Shown: positions 26,901 through 39,000 of the stretch, piece after piece
Layout of the letters: the number at the start of each line of letters is the position of its first letter
Position numbering within the stretch: the stretch's first letter is position 1
Origin: Eledone cirrhosa
Lineage: Eukaryota
NCBI GenBank assembly: GCA_964016885.1
Contig: OZ024740.1
Coordinates: 361,212,001 to 361,276,000 of the forward strand
DNA length: 64,000 bases
Direction of reading: 5' to 3'
The notes under the pieces: generated by a model
What the model was told of the DNA's origin: nothing
The model's input: the letters and a program-made list of their open reading frames with translations, nothing else
Database searches by the model: none
Program-made: the position numbers and the translations under genes

Positions 26901-29900
26901 CAACCTAAGTCATAAGCAATGTCAGTGTTGTTTATTTTCCATTATAGAACCAACAGCAACCAATGAAAATTAATGTCTGGTAGTTGATTTGAGACAATTT
27001 CTCCTGTTTAACACCACCACATGGCCCTTGGGTGCTTCATTCAAGTTAGCTTTCCAGTTTGAGGATATGCTCTTCTCTTCTTCTTATCAGTCCAAGGGGC
27101 CTTGAAAAGGGTCATGGGCACTGCCAATCTCCAGTTTTAGGACAGTTTATTCCCTACTTTCCACAACTTTCCTGACTAAGAGATAAAAACACAAAACAGT
27201 CTTGCACCTTTGTCATTTTGGTATTGCTTACTTTACAGAGTGGAACTCCCAACAACTAATATTTGTGGTTAAGACAATATGTTGCAAGCATTCAAGTCAG
27301 GGCTTTAGTTTGAAGATACCTCCCTCCTACCAGTCTCAGAGGGTCATGGACTCAGCCTTTCACTCCTGGACTAAACAGTAAAAAAAACTCTTCCAAACAA
27401 TAAACAGTTCTGTACCTGTCTCCTTTCTATATCATACAGTACACTGTAAAGTGGTTGATGATTGGAAGGGCATCCAGTCATAGAAAACCTGCTAAACAAA
27501 GAGTTGGGAGGACTCTTCAGTTGTATCAAAGATATGACAACCTCCATATTGTTGGTGCCATAACAGGCACCTGGTGCACTCTAGAGTGCGTGGAAATGTA
27601 TCTAAGCTAGATGTAGCCCACCCAGCCCATCTGAGAGGTCAGTAGCACCGATTAAGTACTGACTTGGTCTGTGTCAACCCTTACTAACAGGAAAAATGGA
27701 TGCTTGATGATGATGATGATGATAATTGTAATGCACTTATACTCTGTTTTTATATCTTCATTATCATCGCCTGAAACCTCACTCCTACTCTGCAGGTGTT
27801 CAGAACCACACTACATAAATACACAGTTCATAGGTCTGATACAGCAAGGTTAAATACCACCTCACTATATAAATGGTAGTGCTGGTGTCACAACAAAATA
27901 GACCTAGCTTATTCTGTAAAGTGGCAGTGCTGATACCACAATAAAATACACCCAGCCCACTCCATAATGTAGTAGTGCCAGTGTCACAATAAAATACACC
28001 CAGATTAATCTGTAAAGTGGTAGTGTCAGTGGAACAATAAAATGCATGCAGTACATGCTGTAAAGTTGTTGACACTAAGAAGGGCATTCAACTATGAATA
28101 GAAAACTATGCCAAACTGGAATGTATGAGTGGGATGTGTTCATCCGACCCGTTTAGCCTCAGTACATGACAACTCATCTAACCCATGCTAGCATGGAAAA
28201 CAAACATAAAATGGTACTGGTATTGATGATAATGACTAATTATTTGTCCCACTGTTGTTAGGTACTATTCATAATTAAGTAATTAGTAGCAAAAGGTAAA
28301 ACAAATAGACACTTCTATTTAAATATAATTACTAGAATTTGAAAATGGCAGGAGACTACACTGGAAAAAAAAATTTAAATAAGATAAAAAAAAAAAATTC
28401 ATGTGAGCACCAAAACCTTCCAATCTTGAAGTTAAAGTCTCTAACAAGCCTAGAGTTTCAATGTAAAAACAAGCATCTAGCTCAAGAACACAATATGTTC
28501 AGGAATCAAATCCATGAAAATACAATTGTGGGTTCAATTCCATTCTACACACCCTCACTCAAAGAGAGAGAAAGGTATTTCCTCTCCTCATTGCAAACTA
28601 ACACACCTTGTTTTGTTTACATTGTCTATTCTATTCAATTTATTCCTTAGCTGGTATTGTTGAGTAATTTCTTAGTTTAAGATTCACAGATAAACTAATT
28701 CTGTGTATGGAAACTATATTTATGAAGGTTATACTGCTAGGAAACCATGAATAGCAAAATCAACTGAGTAACAGATAACTGCGAGAGTGGCACTTTATAT
28801 CTCCCTCTCTCACTCTGCTGTAATGTTTGGCTAACACACTTAGCTCTCAATGGACCTGCAAACGTTGCAGTAAATACACACTGAAAGGTTGATGATATAA
28901 TTGCTCACTGTAAGCAATAGAAAGAGTATAGAACTGCTAAGAGATAGTAAGTTACTTGCAATAGACAAACATTCTATCCAAGGAGCATACCTAACCCTAA
29001 CCCACTCCATTGCTTTGGTTATTTCCATAATGTTGCAGCATGGCAAATGTGTTTAGTGATTTTGTCAGTTTTACAACTGTTGGCATGGGTTGGACATGTC
29101 ACATTCTGAGATGACAAGTCAGATGACCATGTCTTCCTCATATGTCCCTATTTGGCAGTTCCTACAGCTGTATGCCCTTCTTAATGTCAACCATTTTACA
29201 GTGTATACTCAGTGTGTTTTATCAAGGTACCAGCACTACCACTTTATAAAGTGGGTTCGGTGTATTCATCATCATCATCATTTCATTTTACGTCCACTTT
29301 TTCCCTGCTTGCAAGGGTGGGACGGGAACTGATTCTGGCTTGATTTCTACAGCTGGATGCCCTTCCTAACACCAACCTCATTTACAGTGTGTACTGGGTG
29401 CTTTTTTGCCATGGCACCTCCACGACAACTTTACAGTGGAATGATAGGGACCCCAGTCCCTATCATCTCATTTCTACAGCTGAGTAAACTGGAGCAATGT
29501 GAAATAAAGTGTCTTGCTCAAGGAAACAACACATCACCCGGTCTGAGAATTGAACTCACAACCTTTCGATTGCAAGGCCAATGCTCTAACCACTAAGCCA
29601 TGTGCCTCCTGTATCATATTTATTTATTGATAAAAGCGAATTATTACATATTTTAGTTACTTATTTGTATAAAACTATGATCCTTTAAGATTCAGTAATG
29701 CGGCTCTTCAAGGTCTGTGCCCTGGTTTGCTGCCTAGTTGTCTTTAATGGTAGCACCAGCCCTGACCCACCCCCTATTAACTAAACAAAATAATAACAAT
29801 AATAATAATTTCTTTATTAATATAATAAATAATAATAATAATTAACCCTTAAATTAATTCTATACAACTCTTAATGACTCAACATATAGTAAAATGAGAA

Positions 29901-32900
29901 AAAAAAATAGTATAATTTAGATGATTTATATTTTCTGTTAATTTAAATTGTAAAAAAACTGGATTAAATCTGAAAGGAAGAGGATAACACTAATCTTTTT
30001 ATGTAGTCTTCCAATATATTATACTTAATCTTTTAATTCACAAAGTAGATTAAATGTGTATGTGTATATATATATATATGCAACAAATGTAAGCAAAAAG
30101 TAAACAGAAACAACAAAGCAAACAATACAGTACAATGACGAAATATATTAGTTTAATGCTTGATATAGTAGGTAAAGAATATTTATGTTTTGTACATTAG
30201 TTCTTCACCAGAAGATAGAATCAGAAATAAAATATGAAATAGAAAAACAGTGATAAGAAGGAACGGAAACAAATTTTTTTGAGAAAAGTTTGTGTGTATT
30301 GGTCAGCCATTTTGGGGAATTGCTGGCCAGTGGGTATCTAAAGTATTAGAGAGGTTTAGAAAGAGATATAATCTAATCATTGTATATTTTGCATGGATAT
30401 GTGTGTATATATGTAGGTTTGTTTGTTTATCTGTGCAAAGGTGTGAATGATGAACAGTGGACTATAACCGAGCTGGCTGCTGTGAGAGTGTAGAGGTATG
30501 AGTGAGCGCATGTGTGTGCACTAAGGTATATAAATATGAAACTCTGAGTACACATGCAGAAACAGTTGCAAGGGGTTGTAGAAAAAAGAAGCAGTAGCAA
30601 ATATTATTGTAGCCTTGTCTCATTTTGTGGTATGGCCATAAGAGAAACTACTTGGCTTCAAGTATGATGATATAGAGATACAACTGAAAACAGCTGAACT
30701 ATGAAGTGTGGTGTCACTGTGTGGAGGGGGATGAGTATATGTTGACAAACATTCAACAGTAACAGCGCCACGGTTCCAGTATTGGGAGCCATACCCTTTC
30801 AGCGAGAGCTATAGAGTGTGTATAATGGCATATGTATGTGCATGTGTATATGCACGCACATATGCATCCATGCCTCAGAACGGGAGTGGTGGGACTCTGC
30901 GAGACACGCTGGCCTGGCAGCGGGGAATTCATAGCAGGAGACTACTACCTCATCTAGAGTGGCCCTGAGGATAGGATGGGCCTCTGCAGTGTGGCACTGG
31001 TCATGCTCAAGCACATCCGCAAGTCACTCATCAGCTGGAACCCAGTGAATAACCATTTGCTGTCCGCCAATTTTCTCCACCGGCATGGGAAGATGACTAT
31101 CAGAGTTGCTAATGTCCCTACAGATGTCGCAGAGGATACTGTCAAGGATGACTGCTACAACCAGCTTCAACAGGCATTGGGAAAAATTACACCCCATGAC
31201 ATCACAATCATCCTGACGGACTACAACGCTACCATCTCTTCTTCTGCCAAGCTCCCTCCAACCGACCCATTGAACAACCTTCGCCATCCCACCCACCAAT
31301 TACAACAATTGCCTGCTGCTCCTCTGCCATTACAATGTGTAGCGCCAACATCTGATTCCCCCACAAACTCATCCATCACTGGACCTGGTAGCCTGGACAG
31401 TTAAACCTGGAAAGCAATCGACGACATCATCATCTCCCATCGCTGGAGGTTGTTTGTCACCAACTACTGGGTCTACAGAGGAGCTCAACTTGGCAATATT
31501 GATCATCGGTTGCTGGTTGCAAGTGAACTCTGACACCAACTACCAGCCCTGCCGACTCATCTCTGCGATCCCAACATCACCTCTACATTTGTGTGCTCCA
31601 TCATCAATCACTTCAGTATCCTGGCCGAGGATGAGACCAACAACTGGAAGATCTTTAAATCAAGCATCAACCAGTCTGCGCGCAATGTCCTGGTAAATTC
31701 AAGACCTCTTCCTAAACAACTCTGGATCTTGCCGTGGACGCTGGAGACAATTAATTGTCATTGCCAGGCTCGCCTGCACGACGACATAAATAAGTACTGC
31801 CGGCTCAACTGGAAATGCAACAAGGCCATCACAGATGACCGGGAGAAGTTTTGGGTGGAAGAAGCTTGTACTTGGAGACAGCGGCAAGGAAACATGGGTG
31901 TCAAAATGATAATTGTTTCTACTTTTGGCACAAGGCCAGCAATTACCCAGTACATTAGTGGTACTTTATTTTATCGACCCCCGTAAGGATGAAAGGCAAA
32001 GTTAACCTCAGCGGGATTTGAACTCAGATCGTAAAGGGACGTAACTACGCTGGAAAGCATGTCTGACACTAGACACACACACATGACATAAGAAAATTTA
32101 ATTGTCTTTAAAGTACCATAAGAGGTGCGGATAAACAGATTAGCAGTTAGTTCCAAATCAATAAAGTTAATTTGAACAGCTGAAAGGATAAATTATACCT
32201 TGGGTAGGATGCCATTCTGGCACAGGTAAAAGTTACTGTTGATGATCTGTTAGTAATTCCCAATAACTACAGATGAGATGAACTGAATTGCACAGAATTC
32301 ATCATTTTAATACAAAACTGTACCTGGTTTTATGATAACTGTTTAGCTCCCAAAACCAGCTTAATAATGAATAAGTTAACTATATTACTAAATCTTTCCT
32401 AATTCTTTATTTACAAAATACGATATAGAGAAGCAGTGGGAGTTCCTAAAAGATAACCTACTGAAGGCGACAGACGAAATCTATGGTTGGAGTAGGCCAA
32501 AAGATAGGCTTAGAAAAACTGGCGTAATGGGGATAGCAGGGAAGTTTACCAGAAGGCTAGGAGAGATGCTAGGTGACAAGTTTACCTCACTAGAAGAGAA
32601 GCAGAAAACGAAAAATTTAAGCATGTTTTGCAGCGTGAGGTGTTCAGGATTGCTAGACAGTGTGTCAGAGAAAATTGTGAGATCAGTGGAAGGAAGTGTG
32701 TCAGAACTTGCCCTCACTGACGCTGAAAAGAAGGTAGCATGGAAGTGCCACTATGAAAGATTACTGAATGAGGAGAATGCATGGGATAAAGACAGTCTGT
32801 TACATGTCAACCCAACAGAGGGACCGGATGTACAAGTTAGCGGTAGTATAGTAAGTAAGGCAATCAAAGATATGAAGCCAAGCAGGGCAGCTGGCCCCTC

Positions 32901-35900
32901 AGGAATAGTTGCTGAGATGCTGAAAACTTCAGGTATGGTGGGCCACACCAGTCACCCACATTGTAAACCAAGTCATACAAAATGGTGTCATACCCAATGA
33001 CTGGTGTAGCAGCAGCATCGTAAACTACTTCAAGTGCAAAGGAGATACCATAGATAGAGAAAACTATAGAGGCATTAATTTGGTTGACCAGGTAATAAAG
33101 GTCACTGAAAGAGTCTTAGCTCAGCTGATTAGAGAATGCGTTATCATAGATGAGATGCAGTTTGGATTTGTCCCAGGTAAGAGTACCACAGATCCCCTCT
33201 TCCTTGTAAGACAACTGCAGGAAAAGTAACTAACTAAGAATAAGCCCCTCTACATGGCTTTTGTCGACCTTGAGAAAGCTTTTGATAGAGTCCATTATCT
33301 GGTGGGCTCTTAGAAAACTAGGAGTTGACGAATGGCTCATGAGGGTAATTCAAACAATGTATAGAAGAATAGCCAGTAAGGTTAGACTTAAGAATGACTA
33401 TAGTGAAGAATTCAGCGTGTAGATTGGTGTCCACCAGGACTCTGTTCTTAGTGCTCTTCTGTTTATCATCGTTCTGCAGACAATAACGGAGGAGTTTAAG
33501 ACCGGCTGCCCATGGGAACTTCTGTATGCTGATGACCTAACCCTTATAGCCAAATTTATAGCTGAACTAAAGATGAAATTCTAAACCTGGAAGCAAGGCC
33601 TAGAATCTAAAGGTCTTAAAAATCAACCTGGCAAAGCCTAAAGTCCTAGTAAGTAGAAGGGATAACAGGGCCCAGATCTCCTCTGGGAAATGGCCTTGCT
33701 CAATGCGCAGAAAAGGAGTAGGTAGAAATTCCATTCTATGTACCAAATGCAAGCAATGGGTACACAAGAGATGTAGTGGGATCTCAGGCAGGCTAACAAA
33801 GGATGTAAGTTTTACTTGTGGCAAGTGTACAGGGGTAGTAAGTAGCAAGAACCCTCAGGATACAACCACCTTCAACTGCTCAGTTGAAGTGGTACATAGT
33901 TTCCGTTACCTAGGTGACCAAATCAGTAGTAACGGTAGTAGCTCTCTGAATTTTCTCCAACCCGGTCTTACTGTGCTTTCGGAACACCCTCCCCCACTAC
34001 TGATTTGGTCACCCAGGTAACGGAAACTATCTACCACTTCAACCGAAGGTTCTCTCAAAATAAAAGGCAGACTGTATGATGCATGTATACGAACAACAAT
34101 GTTGCATGGGAGCGAGACCTGGGAACTGTGAGCTGAGGACCTGCGAAGATTGAAAAGAAATGAAGTTTTATTCTTGGATATGTAGTGCCGATGTCAAGAT
34201 AAAATGCACCCAGCCAACCCTGTAAAGTGGTAGTACTGATGTCACAATAAAAAACATGCAGTTCACCCTGTAAGGTGATAGTGCTGGTGCCATGACAAAG
34301 TACACCCAGAACATACTGTAAAGTGGTTGGCATTAAGAAGGGCATCCAACCTTAGAAACCAAGCCAAAAAATGGTACATATGAGGGATGCGGTCACCTGA
34401 CCTGTCTAGTCTCAGAACATGACAACCTGCAAGCATAGAAAAAAGACACTAGATGGTACCAGATTGGAACTAGGAACCTTAACTTCTGGACCAAATGGTA
34501 GTAAATGTTGTAACTGATACATGTATACCTATTGGTGGTACAATGAATAAGGTATTGGTATCACAAGCTCATCGGTGTTGAGTTCAAACCCCATTACATG
34601 CATTTTGTTATGTATTTGGTTACTACATTCAATTCTACAAGCCAGACTAATCAAATCAATTTTCATCCCCACCCTCACCTACTAGTGCCAGACCGAGACT
34701 GAACAAAACCTTGGAGTGGAAATTGACAACCTGGAATGAGATGTTTCTGGCAAGCAGCTGGCAAAACAAGAGAGGGGACCGAGACAGAAATGAAAACACC
34801 AAGCAGATGGTTGGTGCTATACCTATGGTCCAGTTAATAGCTTAACAACAAATAAAATGGTTTTGTCATCTGATAAGAATGGGGTTGATTTAATTGATTA
34901 TGTCCCTCTTCCAACATTTGTTGTTGTGTGCCTATGTTAAAAATAATTATTGTGAGGACAGAGATGTCAGGATGTTCTTTTCAATCAGAGGTAATATGCT
35001 GTAATGCAGATGAGACCAACAAATGATAGCAAAGGAGAAACAGAACAAACGCTTTTGATACCAAACCACCTGAAACTGTTCCCAGTGCTATGTATGATAC
35101 CAAACTATTTGTTTTGATGAATATATATTTATCAGAAAACCTCCCATCATAACTTTATGTAAAAAATTTTCTTCAGCTATGTTTCAAACAGCTTAAAGAA
35201 AAAGTTAGCTACATTACTAAATCCCTTCAAATTCTTGATTATTTTCAAAATTATAGGCAATGTTTTTCATTAGAAATATGGTAATGAAAGTGTTAAAACA
35301 TTTGATGACAAAAGTTCAAATTTGTAGTGGAGGATTATAATCAACAGTAATAATTTCTGTATATGTGCAAATTCCAGTGGAATGAAACAAAGCTGAACCC
35401 AACAGCACTTGAATTACAGAAAAGAGGATGTAACGTAAGACCTTTTTAGTCACTCTACTCAACTGATAATTTTTTATTTTATCAGATGAAGAATTTAGTT
35501 GCAAAGACAGCATGCATAAATATGGATTGGTATTACAGTAATACAGAATAAGACAGTTAGGTAAGTCTGTTGACTATTTTAGTAAGGAGACAGCAAACAA
35601 ATCAGTAAGCAATTTATGTCATTTTCCACACTCTATCAAATCAACATAGGGGACTCTACATGGTTGTTTGAACTGGTAAAATAGCAGCCAAATCTTTCCC
35701 AAATCACATCCTACAATCTTAGATGTTGGATGATGTAATCCTGAGTTACCAGCAAATGAGAAAATGATTGGATGGCCACAGCTGGAATATCTTTGATCAT
35801 AGGTTTGCTTAATCAGAGTTGACCTGGGGTTAAACAACAATAATTATTCTAAACCCTCCTCCACCACCACCAAAGATGTGAGAAAAAAACAATAAGGCCT

Positions 35901-35956
35901 GAATTTCACTCAGCAAGTTTCAAGTCACATGTATTACACAATACAAAGAGTATAGT

Positions 35957-36015
<59 letters not shown>

Positions 36016-39000
36016 ACACAAGCTCTAAATATATTTGTAAGACCACAAACAATGGACAAAAACGAAAAATTACCAAGCAACGATTTAAATTGTCTTCACA
36101 CAAACACGTGTATGTGTGTAAGTATACTAGCAGTAGTACCTGAAGTTGCTTGGGAATGAGATGACTCGACCAGTAGACAATTTCATGGAAAATAATAATT
36201 GCAGCTCTGCATAAATATATTATTTTAAATAAATATATATATTCAGTGTGTATGTATTCTTGTTTTTGTAATGCAACGTAGTAGCTCAGCAAATAGAGAT
36301 GGATAATAATAGGCTAAAATAAGTGCTGGCATCAATATGATTGCTAAAACTCTTTTAAGATATTGCTCCTGTATGACTGCAGCCCAGTTGAATAACAAAC
36401 AAAATTAGTGAAAGATTTTTACTGTTGATTGTATGTGTACAGAACTAAAATATCACGGCATTTCACCACCCTTAAACTCTCACTAAGGATCTCTCTCGTC
36501 GCAAACACATTCTAAACATAGCTAGGAATGCAGCTAACAGACTGATCCTTCTCTTCAGAGCCAGAAAATACTTCAGTGCCCAACAACCTCTGGCCCTCTA
36601 CAATATTCAGGTAAAACCCACAATGGTGTAGTGCTCTACATCTAGGACAGTGTTGCTGCCACACATACATACATCCTAGACCACTTGTCTGATTGGCATA
36701 TATTTCTATCACTACTACAATGGCATCTGCTTTCTCAGAGCTGACTGACTTAATGCTACCCTCACTTGTCTCTCATCACTCATATTGTGTCCAACCCACC
36801 AGGCACTGCATTAACCACACCACCAAGTTCTTTCCCTGCATATATTTATGCAGGAGTTGACTTGCAACAATATAAACTGGACACTAATAGCTTCCTCATC
36901 AGTCTCAGATAATCAGCTAAGCTCATGCGCACAGACCATTCTTCCATATCTAGCAAATAATAAAAAACCATGTAACACACCACAACATACCACCACCACA
37001 CCAACATAATCACTCCCACCATTGCATTAACACAATCACACCTACACCACTACTAACACCACCACACCATCATTCTCATTGGTCTTGGAGGGCCTGTAAA
37101 AATCATAGACACAATCCCTTAATCCATATCTAGCAAAAACAAAAATGAAACAAAAACCACTAGTTGAAAGTGAATAAAAATAATATGGCACATATGGTGT
37201 TTAATGTTTGTGTGTATAACCAGTTCAAAACAGTGGCATTAAGCAAATACTCAAGTTTCATTAGACCTAATACCTACTCATTCAGTCTGCCATATTCTAA
37301 TAGAGTTATATATATAATGTATATAATGTGTGGGTGCATTTATATATATGTGTGTGTATGCACATGTGAGCAAGAATGTTTGATATTACATGTGTATACT
37401 CTCTGCACAATCATTCATATTTACATACATATGTAGGTACATATAATCTTTTTTCTATGAAATAACTTTTGATGTATGATATAATGTTTAAATGACAACT
37501 GAAGAAAATATTTCAAATTACTGAGATAAGGAGAAAGTGGGGAGATAAAAAAGGTAAAGATAAATACAGAGCATTCATGATGAGAACAGCAGAATCTCAA
37601 GAAAAGTAAGCGTGAAAAAGGGGAGATATAAAAGATAAATAGACAGCAATAGAGAGAGAGCAAATGAGAGTGAATTACTGCATGGGCTGGATGCTTTTTG
37701 TCATGGCACCAACATTACCTTCTTACAGGGTGGACTGGATGCTTTTTTGTTGTGGCACTAGCACAACTCTTACAGGGAAAGCTGGGCATGTTTTATTATG
37801 TCACAAGTGCTACCTCATTAGATTTGGGTTTTTTGTGTGTCCTTGCTGGAGAGGTAATGATGAGAGGAAGCTGAGAGAGTAAGTGCCTGGCTACATGTTG
37901 GTTGCTGGGGGGGGGGGGGGATCTCATAGTGGAACAGCAATCAACATGTCATGGGGGTGGCCTTGAAGAGATTGAGTTGTGCTTGGCAATATACTGTGGA
38001 ATGTATCTGGCTCTCCATGAATGTATGGGGTGGACAGGACAGATGCACAAGGGATATAGCAGAGGGGAGGGGAGTGCACATTATCATCGTTAAACACCTA
38101 TTTTCCATGCTCGCCTGTGTCAGATGGGCTGTCATGCATTGAAAATAGGCTGGACATGGGGAGAAGAGCACAGGCAATATGTCAATTGCCTGGAAGTGTG
38201 TGTGGGATGGGGGGGGGGGGGGGGGGGGCAGACATCCCACCGTGGGAGAAGCACCACATTATCTGAGTGACCCTGAAGTGGAGAGTCTCTGACATATTGT
38301 GGAATGTGCCTGGCTTTCCATGTTGGACAGGAACGATGAGTCAGGGATATGTAAAAGGGATAGGGAAGTTGAATCCAAGTAGGTTTTCCCTAGCTTTCCA
38401 TGCTGGCATGGGTTGGACGAGGAAGGGTGGGGGGGGTATGATGGGGAAGGGAGAGTTAATCAGAAAACTTTGGGTGGGGGATATGGGTTGGATGAGGGAA
38501 GTGAATCAAAGAAGGTCCACTCTATGTGTGTGTATATAAGATAAAGAAATTGTGCAAATGAGAGGGAAGTGGGTGGGAGATAAAAGATTTACATTAGAAA
38601 CTATAGAATGTCAAAGCAGACGACAGATTCAAGTACAGTAACTTGTTTAGTTTCTATAGAATCCAGCAATTAATGTTACTATTCTCTCTCCCTATATGTC
38701 TCTTTCTCTCTGTATGTGTCTTTCTTTCTCTTTCTCTCTTACACACAAGTCATTATTGTAGCATCGGACATTTAATTATAGTGTTTGCAGGTGAGATAGA
38801 ATGGTTAAATCTTTTAGTATCAAAATTCAAGTTTGAAGGCACTGATCCTTGTGAAGAAAAATATTTCTACTGAAGAATTTCAGCAATATACTTAATTTAG
38901 TTGTGAAAAACAATTTTTTCCCCAAAAGCAATCCCATTCTTTTCTCTCTCTCTGTTGTGAGGAATTATCAATTCTCCATAATACTGATTAATAAAAAAAG

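Noticed and set aside
29357-29596. Recurrent 79-87-aa ORF ([11 protein letters not shown]...QGQCSNH) at three loci, suggesting a small gene family
   Set aside because: It is the antisense translation of SINE family B copies.
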